Shown in pieces: positions 1 through 11,871 of a stretch of 64,000 bases of DNA. This DNA is from Mustelus asterias (lineage: Eukaryota), in the NCBI RefSeq assembly GCF_964213995.1, contig NW_027590731.1:124001-188000 (forward strand), written 5' to 3'. The translations under genes and the position numbers were made by a program. Position 1 is the stretch's first letter. The number at the start of each line of letters is the position of its first letter. The notes under the pieces are model-generated. The model ran no database searches, was not told the DNA's origin, and saw only the letters and a program-made list of their open reading frames with translations.

Positions 1-1050
1 CCCTTTTAGCCCTTCTAAGCTCGCTCTTCAACTCCCTCTTAGCCAATCTAAAGCTTTCTAGTGCACTACCCGAGTGCTCACGTCTCATCCGAACATAAGC
101 CTCCTTTTTCTTTTTAACCAACAAAGAAACTTTTTTGGTGCACCACGGTTCCCTAGCCCTACCAATTCCTCCTTGCCTGACAGGGACATACCTATCACAG
201 ACTCGCAGTAGCTGCTCCTTGAAAAAACTCCACATGTCGGACGTTCCCAGTCCCTGTAATCTCCTAGTCCAACCTATGTTTCCTAATTCTCTCCTAATAG
301 CCTCATAATTACCCTTCCCCCAGCTAAAACCACTGGCCCGAGGTTCATGCCTATCCCTTTCCATCACTAAGGTGAACGTAACCGAATTGTGGTCACTATC
401 ACCAAAATGCACACCAACTTCCAAGTCTAGCACCTGGTCTGGCTCATTTCCCAGCACCAGATCCAATATAGCCTCACCTCTAGTTGGCCTGTCTACATAC
501 TGAGTCAAAAAACCTTCCTGCACGCTTTGAACAAAAACTGACCCCTCTAACGAGCTAGAGCTATAACAATTCCAGTCAATATTAGTCAAGTTAAAATCCC
601 CCATAACAATTGCCCTATTACTTTCACTCCTAAGCAGGATTGACTCCGCAATCCTTTCCTCAACCTCTCTAGAACTTTTAGGAGGTCTATAAAAGACTCC
701 CAACAGGGTGACCTCTCCTCTCCTATTTCTAATCTCCGCCCATACTACCTCAACAGATAAGTCCTCATCAAACCTCCTCTCTGACACTGTGATACAATCT
801 CTGACCAATAATGCTACCCCTCCCCCTCTTCTACCTCCTTCCCTACTTCGACTAAAACATTTGAACCCCGGGACCTGCAGCATCCATTCCTGCCCCTGCT
901 CTATCCATGTCTCTGAAATAGCCACAACATCGAAGTCCCAGGTACTGATCCACGCTGCAAGTTCACCCACTTTATTGCGAATACTCCTGGCATTGAAGTA
1001 TACACATTTCAAACCCTGCTCCACCCCACCTCTGCAATGCCGTGCATTGC
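1..1050 (-). CDS. CR1 ORF2 N-terminal APE endonuclease (partial, continues beyond window)
   Basis: Minus-strand translation GLKCVYFNARSIRNKVGELAAWISTWDFDVVAISETW...GGGVALL, paralogous to 6771-7300. Confidence 0.85.
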
Positions 1051-1114
1051 AGTCCCCATCCATGCATCCCTCACTTTCAGCCCCACTACTCAGGATCCCT
1101 CCCCCCCCCCCGAA

Positions 1115-2098
1115 TCAGTTTAAACCTCCTTGCATGGCCTTAGCAAATTTACCCCCCAGGATATTGGTCCCCTTCTGATTAAGGTGTAGACCATCCTTCT
1201 CATAGAGGTCACACCTTCCCCAGTACGAGCCCCAATTGCTTAAGTACCTGAACCCCTCCCTCCTGCACCATCCCCTCAGCCATGAATTCAAACCTTCCCT
1301 CTCCCTATTCCTCTCTAAACTATCCCGTGGTACAGGCAAGAGTCCAGAGATAACCACTCTGTCAGTCTTGGCCTTTAGTTTCCACCCCAACTCCATAAAT
1401 CCCTGCCTAATATCCCCTTCCCCTATCCTCCCTATGTCGTGTGTCCCCACATGTACAATAACTTGTGGTTTATCTCCCTCCCCCCTAAGAGTCCTGAATA
1501 CCCTGTCAGACACATCCCGGACCCCAGCCCCTGGTAGGCAACACACCAACCCTGAGTCCCTACCTTTAGTTCCGACCCTCCTATCTGTCCCCTTAATTGT
1601 GGAGTCCCCAATCACAAGGCCCAGTCTTTTACAGCCCCTAACCACCTGAGCTTTCTCACTCGGCTCACCCCCAGAGATCTGCTCTCTATGCTCAGTTGAT
1701 TCCTCCTCAACTGTAGCCTCCAGCACCGAAAACCTATTATGGAGGGGAACCGCCCCAGGGGATTGTCTTCCCGAATGCTTCTTACCCCTCCTCCTGGCAT
1801 TGACCCAAGCCTCATTTCTAGGAGTTACTATTTCTCTATAACTCCTATCAACTTCCACCTCCGCCTCCCGAATTATGCGGAGTTCCTCTACCTCCCCTTC
1901 CAGCTCCTTTACACGCTCCTCCAGAAGCTGCAATCTAATGCACTTCTTACAACTAAAATCTCCTGAAACACTACTGGATTTCCTCACCACATACATCCCA
2001 CAGGAGATGCAGCATACTGCCTGAACTGCCATCCCTGAAGCCATTACCAGCAAGAAAAAAAAGAAAACAAAAAAAAAAACTTCCCCACACTTCCCCAA
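1115..2098 (-). CDS. CR1 ORF1p (zinc finger/coiled coil + SGNH esterase)
   Basis: 327-aa ORF: CISCGM..CKKC, LEERVKELEGEVEEL, VIGDS, VHVGTHD, DGLHLN; true start probably an internal Met. Confidence 0.9.
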   Translation of the reverse strand: MGKCGEVFFFVFFFFLLVMASGMAVQAVCCISCGMYVVRKSSSVSGDFSCKKCIRLQLLEERVKELEGEVEELRIIREAEVEVDRSYREIVTPRNEAWVNARRRGKKHSGRQSPGAVPLHNRFSVLEATVEEESTEHREQISGGEPSEKAQVVRGCKRLGLVIGDSTIKGTDRRVGTKGRDSGLVCCLPGAGVRDVSDRVFRTLRGEGDKPQVIVHVGTHDIGRIGEGDIRQGFMELGWKLKAKTDRVVISGLLPVPRDSLERNREREGLNSWLRGWCRREGFRYLSNWGSYWGRCDLYEKDGLHLNQKGTNILGGKFAKAMQGGLN

Positions 2099-2320
2099 CT
2101 GTCACTCTCCACTGCAGCCCGAGCAGCACTCCCTCACTGAGACACCAACTGTCACTCTCTACTGCAGCCCGAGCAGCACTCCCTCAGTGAGACACCAACT
2201 GTCACTCTCTACTGCAGCCCGAGCAGCACTCCCTCAGTGAGACACCAACTGTCACTCTCTACTGCAGCCCGAGCAGCACTCCCTCAGTGAGACACCAACT
2301 GTCACTCTCTACTGCAGCCC
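2095..2320. repeat. 50-bp tandem repeat (~4.5 copies) in CR1 5'UTR
   Basis: gtcactct recurs at 2101, 2151, 2201, 2251, 2301; units nearly identical. Confidence 0.95.
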
Positions 2321-2323
2321 TGA

Positions 2324-2715
2324 TCAAGCTGTCCAATGCTTACAGTCACTCAGGTGTATCCACCTTTCCTGCCCTTTCACCTTCACCGCGGTTGGGGTCT
2401 GTAGCAGAACTTGGAAGGTTCCTGTCCAGCGCGGTCCTAGTTTGGGTCGTTCCCAGTCATGAATCAGCACCCAGTCCCCGGTTTCGACTCCTTCCCAATC
2501 TCCGTCCTTGTCGGGTGGAGGCCTGGTAGATTCCTTCACCTGAGTATGTAAAAACTTGAGACATAGTCAATTGTATAAAATATTGCTGGAATTGGTCAGA
2601 CATGAGTGCAGATCTATCTGGGGAGGAGGAGGTTGAGCGCTATCCTACGGGGTTCTAAGTGGGCGCCCATATATTATCTCAGCGGCATTTAAACCGGTAC
2701 CGGTATACGGGGGTT
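2324..2715 (-). mobile_element. Endogenous retrovirus/LTR pol remnant, integrase C-terminus
   Basis: TGLNAAEIIYGRPLRTP and KLGPRWTGTFQVLLQTPTAVKVKGQERWIHLSDCK match retroviral integrase core end and C-terminal domain; stops present. Confidence 0.8.
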
Positions 2716-3823
2716 CTGATAAATGAGTAGGGGCGGTATCCAAGAAGGTGGCGAGATTAAGGACGGAACAAAAGGCAAAGGTCAATGGAAGGAGATTCAA
2801 AAGAGGATGCAAGTCAAAGTAATGGAGACTTTTGGATGAGGTTCTGAAACACTACTGTGAAAGGACGTAGAGGGATTTAAACATGAATGAGAACGTTAGA
2901 TTTGCAATACAGCAGCAAAAGCAAATCAGGGAAGATGCAATGGATGAGTGGGACATGATACTGGCAGCAGAATTTTAAATGAGCTAAAGATAACAGGAGG
3001 CAAAAAATGGAAAGCTAGCCAGATAAGGTCGTGATAATTGCATTGATAAGGGATCAGCAGCAGATGGACCAAGGCACACAATGTCAAAAATATCAATGAT
3101 TCTCAGGAAATTCAAAGGGCTGATACTATTACATAGCTCCTCACAAGCAGAAATGTGACACCACGGAACAACTTACCACACACCTCATACTTCTTTTTCG
3201 CAAACAACAGCAACTTATATATGCTCCTAAGTCCCTTTAACATAATACATCATTCAAAAGCAGTTCAAAGCAGCACTGTAAAAAAAAGTCAAGAGCTAAT
3301 TTCTGCCACTGTAACAAAATTACTGCAAGACAACCCAGAAATATTTTGGTGAATCTCATAAATTGACCTTTGAAGATCTACTGACTTGGTTTTCCGACTG
3401 CTTTTGTGGCAGAAGCAAAAACAAACAGCAGCTGGAAAAAAAGGGTTGCAGCCAAACTTAATCAACTCCAGCTTGCTGCTCTTAGCACAACCACAATTTC
3501 TCAGAACCCTCACGTAAGTATCATGTAACTCCATTCGCCAATGCACCATATAAGTTAGAACTTACCATATCCGATCCATATACCATCCATAAAGAGATCA
3601 ACGTTCTGAACCTCTGATACTTTCCATCCCACTGCATCCATTGGAATCCGCACTATTAATCCTAAACCCTTATGGAACACTCCACCACAATTATTCTCAA
3701 ACCAAACCTTGGTCAATCATCCAAACTGACATCAGGATACATTAGGATGTCTTTGTCCACAATTTAGAGAATCTAATTGTACATTACTAATCAGGAAATT
3801 CAAAGGGCTGATACTATTACATA

Positions 3824-3952
3824 GTATGTATGGTAGGGAGTGGGATAGCATGGTAGGGAGTGGGATAGCTTGATCTTGGTTTCAGATGAAGGTCGGCACA
3901 ACATCGTGGGCCGAAGGGCCTGTTCTGTGCTGTACTGTTCTATGTTCTATGT
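3824..3952 (+). mobile_element. CR1 3' end fragment
   Basis: ggcacaacatcgtgggccgaagggcctgttctgtgctgtac + (gttctat)n tail, same family as the tail at 4413-4480. Confidence 0.85.
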
Positions 3953-4500
3953 TAATCCAGGGAGGAATCTTACCTGATTAGCTTGTTCTGAATTCTCTCT
4001 AAATTGTTCTTTCATCCAATTCTCACAGACACTACACAAGGTTCTATTCTGCTGTTTCCCATCATTAATTGCCTTGTCTTTAATAATTTGATGAATGATT
4101 TTAGCATGTCTTTCTAATGCAGTCACCACATGTTGATCAGCAAGTTATCAGAACAATGATCCTGAAGCATCATTCTGATTATTGTGATTTACCTCAGCCA
4201 TTACTGGCTTAACCTGCTGGATTCATGTTTGAAGTTTGTGGTCGAGATTTGCCAAATCACCAGTCTTAACCATGGACTCTGCTGCACAATAAACAGTTGC
4301 TAAAACATTCATTAAATCCCTGCTCCAAGGACCTTTGGAATCACCAAACCATTCTTGCACCTCATTTGTTACTTCTTGATTTCACAACCTTTGTGCTCAA
4401 TGAAAATATAATGAGAACATAGAACATAGAACGGTACAGCACAGAACAGGCCCTTCGGCCCACGATGTTGTGCCGAGCATTGTCTGAAACCCAGAACAAG

Positions 4501-6894
4501 CTATTTCCTCCCTATCATGCCGAAGTACTCCATGTGCCTATCCAATAGCATCTTAAATGTTCCTAAAGTTTCTGACTCCACTATCCCTACAGGCAGCCCA
4601 TTCCACAACCCAGCCACTCTCTGAGTAAAAAACCTACCTCGGACATCCTTCCTATATCTCCCACCGTGAACCCTATAGTTATGCCGCCGAGTTACCGCTC
4701 CATTCACCCGAGGAAATAGTCTTTGAACGTTCAGTCTATCTATCCCCCTCATCATCTTAGAAACCTCTATCAAGTCTCCTCTCAACCTCCTCCGCTCCAA
4801 AGAGAAAAGCCCAAGTTCCCTCAACCTTTCCTCATAAGACCTACCCTCCAAACCAGGCAGCATCCTGGTGAATCTCTTTTGCACTCTTTCCAGTGTCTCC
4901 ACATCCTTCTTGTAGTGAGGTGACCAGAACTGCACACAATATTCCAAATGTGGTCTCACCAAGGTCCTGTACAGTTGCAGCATAACCCAACGGCTCTTAA
5001 ACTCAAACCCCCTGTTAATGAACGCCAACACACTATAGGCCTTCTTCACGGCTCTATCCACTTGAGTGGCAACCTTCAGAGATCTATGGATATGAACCCC
5101 AAGATCTCTCTGTTCCTCCACATTCTTCAGAACCCTACCTTTGACCCTGTAATCCACATTTAAATTTGTCCTACCAAAATGAATCACCTCGCATTTGTCA
5201 GGGTTAAACTCCATTTGCCATTTTCCAGCCCAGCTCTGCATCCTATCGATATCTCTTTGCAGCCCACAACAGCCCTCCACCTTATCCACTACTCCACCAA
5301 TCTTGGTGTCATCAGCAAATTTACTGATCCACCCTTCAGCCCCCTCCTCCAAGTCATTTATAAAAATTACAAATAGCAGGGGACCAAGCACTGATCCTTG
5401 TGACACTCCGCTGGTAACCGGTTTCCAGTCCGAAAATTGTCCATCCACCACCACCCTCTGTCTTCTGTCAGATAGCCAGTTACCTATCCAATCGACCAAA
5501 CTTCCCTCTATCCTACACATCCTTACTTTCTTCACAAGCCGACCGTGGGGGACTTTATCAAACGCCTTACTAAAATCCATGAATATGACAACAACTGCGC
5601 TACCTTCATCTACACACTTAGTTACCTCCTCAACAAATTCTATCAAATTTGTGAGGCAAGACTTGCCCTTCACAAATCCGTGCTGACTATCCCGGATTAA
5701 GCTGCATCTTTCTAAATGGTCGTAAATCCTATCCCTAAGGACCTTTTCCATCAACTTACCGACCACCAAAGTAAGGCTAACCGGCCTATAATTACCAGGG
5801 TCATTTATTTTCCCTTTCTTAAACAGAGGAACCACATTCGCCACTCTCCAGTCCTCTGGCACCACCCCTGTGGACCGTGAGGCCGCAAAGATCAATGCCA
5901 AAGGCTCTGCTATCTCATCCCTTGCCTCCCAAAGAATCCTAGGATATATTTCATCAGGCCCAGGGGACTTGTCAACTTTCAGTTTATTCAAAATTGCGAG
6001 TACATCTTCCCTCCAAACATGTACTTCCTCGAGCCTATCAGCCTGTGACACCATCTCTTCCTCAAAAACATGGCCCCTCTCCTTGGTGAACACCGAAAAA
6101 AAGTATTCATTCATCACCTCTCCTATCTCTTCTGACTCCATGCACAATTTCCCACTGCCGCCCTTGACCGGCCCCAACCTCACCCTGGTCATTCTTTTAC
6201 TCCTCACATAAGAGTAAAAGGCCTTGGGGTTTTCCTTGATCCGACCCGCCAAGGACTTCTCATGCCCCCTCCAAGATCTCCTAAGCCCCTTTTTCAGCTC
6301 ATTTCTTGCTAACTTGTAACCCTCCATCGAGCCAACTGAACCTTGTTTTCTCAAGCTAACATACGCTTCCTTCTTCCTCTTGACAAGACATTCCACCTCT
6401 TTTGTGAAGCATGGTTCCCTCACTCGGCCATTTCCTCTCTGCCTGGCAGGGACATTCCTATCAAGGACACGCAGTATTTGTTCCTTGAAAAAGTTCCACT
6501 TATCATTAGTGCCTTTGCCTGACAATTTTTGTTCCCATCCTATGCTTCCTAATTCCTGCCTGATTGCATCATAATTACCTCTCCCCCAATTGTAAACTAT
6601 GCCCTGCCGTATGGCCCTCTCCCTCTCCATTGCAATAACAAAAGACACCGAATTGTGGTCACGATCTCCAAAGTGCTCTCCCACAACCAAATCCAACACT
6701 TGGCCCGGCTCATTTCCCATTACCAAATCCAATGTGGCCCCACCTCTTGTCGGCTTATCCACATATTGTGTCAGGAACCCCTCCTGCACACACTGCACAA
6801 AAACTGCCCCATCCGAACTATTCGACCGATAAAGATTCCAATCAATATTTGGAAGGTTAAAGTCCCCATGACAACGACCCTGTGACCTCCACAC
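4501..6894 (-). CDS. CR1 ORF2 (end of APE + reverse transcriptase), separated from its N-terminus by frameshift
   Basis: GDFN, PTRGGATLDLV, NYRPVSLT, DFSKAFDKVPH, QGSVLGPLLF, KFADDTK, RPHLEYC. Confidence 0.95.
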   Translation of the reverse strand: MWRSQGRCHGDFNLPNIDWNLYRSNSSDGAVFVQCVQEGFLTQYVDKPTRGGATLDLVMGNEPGQVLDLVVGEHFGDRDHNSVSFVIAMERERAIRQGIVYNWGRGNYDAIRQELGSIGWEQKLSGKGTNDKWNFFKEQILRVLDRNVPARQRGNGRVREPCFTKEVECLVKRKKEAYVSLRKQGSVGSMEGYKLARNELKKGLRRSWRGHEKSLAGRIKENPKAFYSYVRSKRMTRVRLGPVKGGSGKLCMESEEIGEVMNEYFFSVFTKERGHVFEEEMVSQADRLEEVHVWREDVLAILNKLKVDKSPGPDEIYPRILWEARDEIAEPLALIFAASRSTGVVPEDWRVANVVPLFKKGKINDPGNYRPVSLTLVVGKLMEKVLRDRIYDHLERCSLIRDSQHGFVKGKSCLTNLIEFVEEVTKCVDEGSAVVVIFMDFSKAFDKVPHGRLVKKVRMCRIEGSLVDWIGNWLSDRRQRVVVDGQFSDWKPVTSGVSQGSVLGPLLFVIFINDLEEGAEGWISKFADDTKIGGVVDKVEGCCGLQRDIDRMQSWAGKWQMEFNPDKCEVIHFGRTNLNVDYRVKGRVLKNVEEQRDLGVHIHRSLKVATQVDRAVKKAYSVLAFINRGFEFKSRWVMLQLYRTLVRPHLEYCVQFWSPHYKKDVETLERVQKRFTRMLPGLEGRSYEERLRELGLFSLERRRLRGDLIEVSKMMRGIDRLNVQRLFPRVNGAVTRRHNYRVHGGRYRKDVRGRFFTQRVAGLWNGLPVGIVESETLGTFKMLLDRHMEYFGMIGRK

Positions 6895-7387
6895 CTATCC
6901 ATAATCTGCTTAGTAGTTTCTTGCTCCACATCTCTATTACTATTTGGGGGCCTATAGTAAACTCTTAAAAACGTGACCACTCCTTTCCTATTCCTAACCT
7001 CAGCCCATATTACCTCTGTAGGCAGATCCCCTTCGAAATGCCTTTCTGCAGCCGTTACACTCTCCTTGATTAACAGTGCCACTCCTCCACCTATTTTACC
7101 AGCTATCCTACACTTCTTGAAACATCTCCACCCCGGAACTTCCAACAACCATTCCTGTCCTTGTTCTACCCATGTCTCCATAATGGCCACAACATCGTAG
7201 TCCCAAGTGCCAATCCACGCCCCAAGTTCACCTCCCTTATTTCAGATGCTCCTTGCATTGAAGTAGACACACTTCAAACCACCTTCTTGTCTGCTGGTAC
7301 CCACCTTTGACCAGGATACCCTTCCCAGTACCTCACTACACTCACTGACCTCTGGACTACAACTCCTTTTCCCATCCGCCTGACAAA

Positions 7388-8330
7388 TTAGTTTAAATCC
7401 CCCCGAAGAGCTGTAGCAAGTTTCCCTCCCAGGATATTGGTGCCCTTCTGGTTCAGGTGCACCCCGTCCTGTTGGTACAGGTCCCACCTTCCCCAGAACG
7501 TGTTCCAATTATCCACATAGCTGAAACCCTCCCTCCTATACCATCCCTGCATCCAGGTGTTTAACTGCACTCTCTCCCTCTTCCTCAACTCGCTATCCCG
7601 TGGCACCGGCAACATACCAGAGATGACAACCTGCTTTGTCCTGGCTCTCAGCTTCCACCCAAGCTCCCTGAATTCCTGTTTTAAGTCCCCGTCCCCTCTC
7701 TTACCTATGTCTTTGGTGCCGACGTGCACCACGACTTGTGACTGTTGCCCCTCCCCCTTTAGAATCCTGAAGACACGGTCGGAGATGTCACAGACCCTGG
7801 CATCCGGGAGGCAACATACCATCCGTGAGTCTCTCTTGTTGCCACAGAACCTCCTATCTATCCCTCTAACAAACGAGTCCCCAATAACTATAGCTCTACC
7901 GCTCTCCCCCTTTCCCTCTGAGCCACAGGGACGGACTCAGCGCTGGCGATCTGGTCACTGCGGCTTACCACCGGTAGGTTGCCCCCCTCACCTGTATCCA
8001 AAGAGGAATACTTGTTGCTAAGGGGAACAACCACAGGGGATCCCCGCCCCGACTGCTTCCTCCCAGCGCCTCTCACTGTCACCCATCTATTTTCATTCCC
8101 TGGAGCAACTATATCCCTGAAGCTTGTGTCTATGGCCCTCTCTGCCTCCCTGATGACCCTAAGCTCATCCAACTCCAGCTCCAGCTCCCTAACGCGGTCT
8201 TGGTGGAGCTGCAGATGGGTGCACCTCCCACAGGTGTAATCAGCAGGGACACTGACTGAGGTGAGGTGCCCCTCACCTCAAACATTCTGCAGGAGGTACA
8301 TTGCACTGCCTTCACTTCCATCCCCTCCAT
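7388..8330 (-). pseudogene. CR1 ORF1, split over three frames
   Basis: ORFs 8130-8330 (CTSCRM), 7888-8172 and 7388-7822 (VHVGTKD, DGVHLN) align to ORF1 at 1115-2098. Confidence 0.9.
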
Positions 8331-8991
8331 ATGAAACTTACTGCTACAAAGAAAAAGAATTGCTCCAATGGAACACTGAACCCTTTTTCCCCTTCCTCAG
8401 AGTGCACTGGGAAAGAACAAGGATTCGAAATTGAATGGTAACAGAATTAATTTAAACCTGCCCTGTGTCGCCCGTTTCCGCCTAAGCCCTGCGAGCCAAA
8501 GCCCTTACAGCTCTCACTCTGCTTGCCAGTCAGTCCACAGCCCGCTCCCGACGCTGCCCGTTGTATAGTGCGGCCTGCTTTTTATGCTCCAGTCGAACAA
8601 AGAGGTCGAACCCCCCAGGTAACTGACTTTTATACTAAGAACTCAACCTCCCAGAATCCCCTTCAGCTGACGTCACTTCCCTTAATTTAAAACCTTGAAA
8701 AAAGCCCGCGAAACAAACAAGGAATACAACAAATAAATAAATGTTCCTGACAATCGTCAGTGGAAACAGCTTGTCCCTTTCTGCTCGATGAAACGGCCCT
8801 CTCCCATGTTGGGAGAAGCGGGAAACCACTAAATCGCAGCAACACTGTGGGGAGTAAAGTAGTCAAAGGGGTTTGCATAGTATTGTAAACGATCTGGTCA
8901 TGTTGTAGTTCTCGACTATGTTTTTAAAAAAAAACAGAATTGGGGTTGGATATATACAGCACTCGCTGACACCCTAATATAGAGTGTCTTC

Positions 8992-9064
8992 GTCTAAGTG
9001 GCGGAATTCGTTATTGCGTTCGACTTTAAGCAAATGGTTGGTGGCTCAGTACCATCCAGAGGCG
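8992..9064 (+). pseudogene. tRNA-Asn relic
   Basis: Degenerate match to tRNA-Asn; upstream flank paralogous to that of 14287 and 51162. Confidence 0.6.
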
Positions 9065-9724
9065 GTGGTTGTACTTTCATTTTCCCCATACGCATTCATT
9101 GTCGCGCAGTTCCGGTTTGTGAACCGAGGCAACAATAAAAATATTTCTCAAGTGTTGCCGCTTGACTGTTGTCAGGTGTTGCCGACATTATTTATTTGAT
9201 GAATATTGATATCATACATATCACATGGTATAATATATATTCATTTCAAATATGCAATTAAAGTTAAGAATTAGAGTCTTGGCTGGATGTGTTTGTCTGT
9301 CAGTTCTCCGGTGAGTCCTCATCTGAGACTGGGAAACAATCTCTCAGTATTCTGTAGTTCAATAAGATTGCCTCTCAGTCTTCCAAACTCCAGGGGATTT
9401 CAGCCAAATTTAGACAGCCTCTCATCCCAGGAGAACTCTCTCATCACAGGAACCTACCAAGTGGACCGTCTCCAATGGAAGGATAGCCTTTTTTTTCAAA
9501 GAAAAGCTTTGTGGATATCAAAAACGCACCGAATATTTCACACTTGCTCCCAACAAAACCCTGTATAAATGTAGATTGGCGTGTTTATTCTGATTCAGCA
9601 ATCTGCTGGCAAAAAGATCAAAATGCCATTTCCCTTCCTATTGTTTGCTGCACCACCATGCTATCTTCCTGCCTTCCTTGTACAAACACACCCAAATCTC
9701 TTCCAACATAAACGCTTATAACTA

Positions 9725-10080
9725 GGAAAGACGATGGCCTACTGGTATTCTCGTGAGACTATTAATCCAGAAACGCACCGAATTTTATGGGGTCCTGGTT
9801 TTGAATCCTGCCACGGCATGTTGTGGAATTTGTTTTCAATAAAAACTATCTGGAATTAAGAATCTACTGATGACCATGAAACCATTGTCGATTGTCGGGA
9901 AAAAAAACTTGGAGTTCGGTAATGTGCTTTCGTGAAGGAAATCTGCCGTCCCTTATCCGGTCTGGACAACACTGACTCCAGAGCTGTAGCAAAGTGGTTG
10001 ACTCTCAACTGTCCTCGGGCAACCAGGATGGACAATAAATGCTGGCCAGCCGGCGACGCCCATTTCTAATTAATTAAAAA
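9725..10080 (+). mobile_element. tRNA-headed SINE (Deu/SacSINE-like)
   Basis: tRNA-like head, body tctggaattaagaatctactgatgaccatgaaacc shared with 38375-38725, A-rich tail. Confidence 0.7.
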
Positions 10081-10147
10081 ATAACGAGGTCACCTTTACA
10101 AACATTGCCTGCTCTTTCTCCGGTCATGAACAAGAGAATATATTTTT

Positions 10148-10442
10148 GGGCAACATGGTGTCACTGCTGCCTCACAGCGCCAGGGACCCAGTTTCAATTC
10201 CCGGCATTGGTTACTGTCTGTGCAAAGTCTGCATGTTTTCCCCGTGTTGCGTGGGTTTCCTGCGGGTGCTCCTTCTTATTCCCACAGAGTGAACGATGCG
10301 CTGGTTAGGTACATTGGCCATGCTAAATTAGCTGTCAATTTACCCGAGAAGGTGCCGGTTCTGCCGACGAGGGAATTGTCACTGAAACTTCATTGCGGTG
10401 TTAATGTAAGCTTAATTGTGGGACTAATAAATAAACTTTAAA
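10148..10442 (+). mobile_element. HE1-like V-SINE
   Basis: cactgctgcctcacagcgccagggaccc...gcgtgggtttcctgcgggtgctcc V-domain. Confidence 0.75.
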
Positions 10443-11394
10443 CTGTCCAACCTTACACCCGATCTGCTGGAACCACTGAGCTATGGAGCGAATTCTTGCG
10501 CCCAGTGCGGAGTTAGTGTATCAGCATCAGTGGAGCGAAGAAGGGGTTGAATTTTCAGGTGGGTGACATTTGATGGATGTGGAAAAATCCGAGGTGGAGA
10601 ACAAGGAGTTAATCGATGAGACTTGAAAGAGGAAGAATTAGACATGTGTGTCAGTTGCTTTTGTGATAAATGCCTGCCGTGCCATCCTTCTTCAGAGTTT
10701 ACTGTTATTGTTACATCTCTAATACAATTCATACAGCTGAAGATTACTCTTGCTTCTCCCTTAACAGACACTGTGAGGCGTGTTTTCGTTTAATGAAGAG
10801 TTAAATAAGAAGTTATTCACTACTAGCCTGGGACTCCAACGCGAGACATGGCGCCGAAACCTGACCGCGGGACGCCAGGAAAGCTAATATCAAAGATTTG
10901 AAATTCGTTGATAACCATTTCTGTCTCCACCGCTTCATTTCAGGTCAATTTCGCTACTGACATTGTCACACAGGCATTCCAACATCTTATAACCATCTGA
11001 AACAAATGATGTCTTCTTCCTTTATGTTCAGATACTTTCAACTCCAGAAATGCAGTACGCGCTGAGCAAAGTGCTCTGTTTAGTTCACAGTTTGTCATCA
11101 GTTCCGGGCCATAGCGGTGGAAACATTGACTCTGAACCACTAGACCACCCAGGCTCCACTATCACTGGTTCAATGTTGCCTTGTCCACCATTCCTGGTGT
11201 CATGGAATCCATTCTGCCTTGTTCTCTATCACAGAAATTCCTTTTGATCCTTTCGCTGAGTGATTCCTCACTTTACAATCAGAAAATACTTGGAATACTC
11301 AGCAGGTCAGTTCATGTTTAGTGACAAACACGCAAATAATTCCAGTCGTCGAATCCCTCTGAAATTAAAAGCATTTGGATTTTTTTTTTCTGTG

Positions 11395-11602
11395 AAGGCA
11401 AAATACTGTGGATGCTGGAACCTGAAACAGAAATAGAAAAATGCTGGAAAATCTTAGCAGGACTGACAGCATCTGTAGAGACAGAATAGAGCCAACGTTT
11501 CGAGTCCGGAGCTCTGACGAAGGGTCATGCGCACTTTAAACGTTGGCTCTATTCTTCCTCCACAGATGCTGTCAGTTCAGTTCAGATCTTCCAACATTTT
11601 CA
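11395..11602. repeat. Hairpin-forming Penelope-derived short repeat
   Basis: tgctggaaaatc..gacagcatctg..aatagagccaacgttt / aaacgttggctctatt..cagatgctgtcag..ccaacatttt inverted arms. Confidence 0.65.
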
Positions 11603-11616
11603 CTATATGATGAAAG

Positions 11617-11688
11617 TATTTCTGCCGGGATTAAACGGCGGATCTTTCACGTGTAACGTGAATGTGACAACCACTACACCACAGAAAC
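11617..11688 (-). pseudogene. tRNA-Val(TAC) pseudogene
   Basis: GTTTCTGTGGTGTAGTGGTTGTCACATTCACGTTACACGTGAAAG...; anticodon stem intact, T arm disrupted. Confidence 0.75.
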
Positions 11689-11871
11689 ATTGCGATGCAC
11701 TGATTCAAGGAAACTGGTTCCCCAAACCCGTCAATTGCCAACAATAATTTACATTTGAGTTGCATGGAATTCGTGTGATAACAGAGATATTTCGTAAAGT
11801 TAATTAACTGGACATATAGCGGTGATTAGATTCGATCACATGCTTCAACTCATATGACTGCCTTGTAACGA

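Larger units (their letters stand above)
1..2320 (-). mobile_element. CR1-type LINE, 5' portion (5'UTR, ORF1, start of ORF2), runs off the window start
   Basis: ORF1 with CxxC zinc finger and SGNH esterase motifs; ORF2 start LKCVYFNARSI...VAISETW (APE endonuclease); tandem-repeat 5'UTR. Confidence 0.93.
4413..8600 (-). mobile_element. Near full-length CR1 LINE, frameshifted
   Basis: (gttctat)n tail at 4413-4432, RT ORF, APE fragments 6771-7300, split ORF1 7388-8330; 5' boundary approximate. Confidence 0.93.

Noticed and set aside
2095-2320. CRISPR-like regular repeats
   Set aside because: Whole 50-bp unit repeats with no unique spacers; eukaryotic LINE 5'UTR
708-8021. Plus-strand ORFs of 100-160 aa
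   Set aside because: Antisense shadows of CR1 ORF1/ORF2
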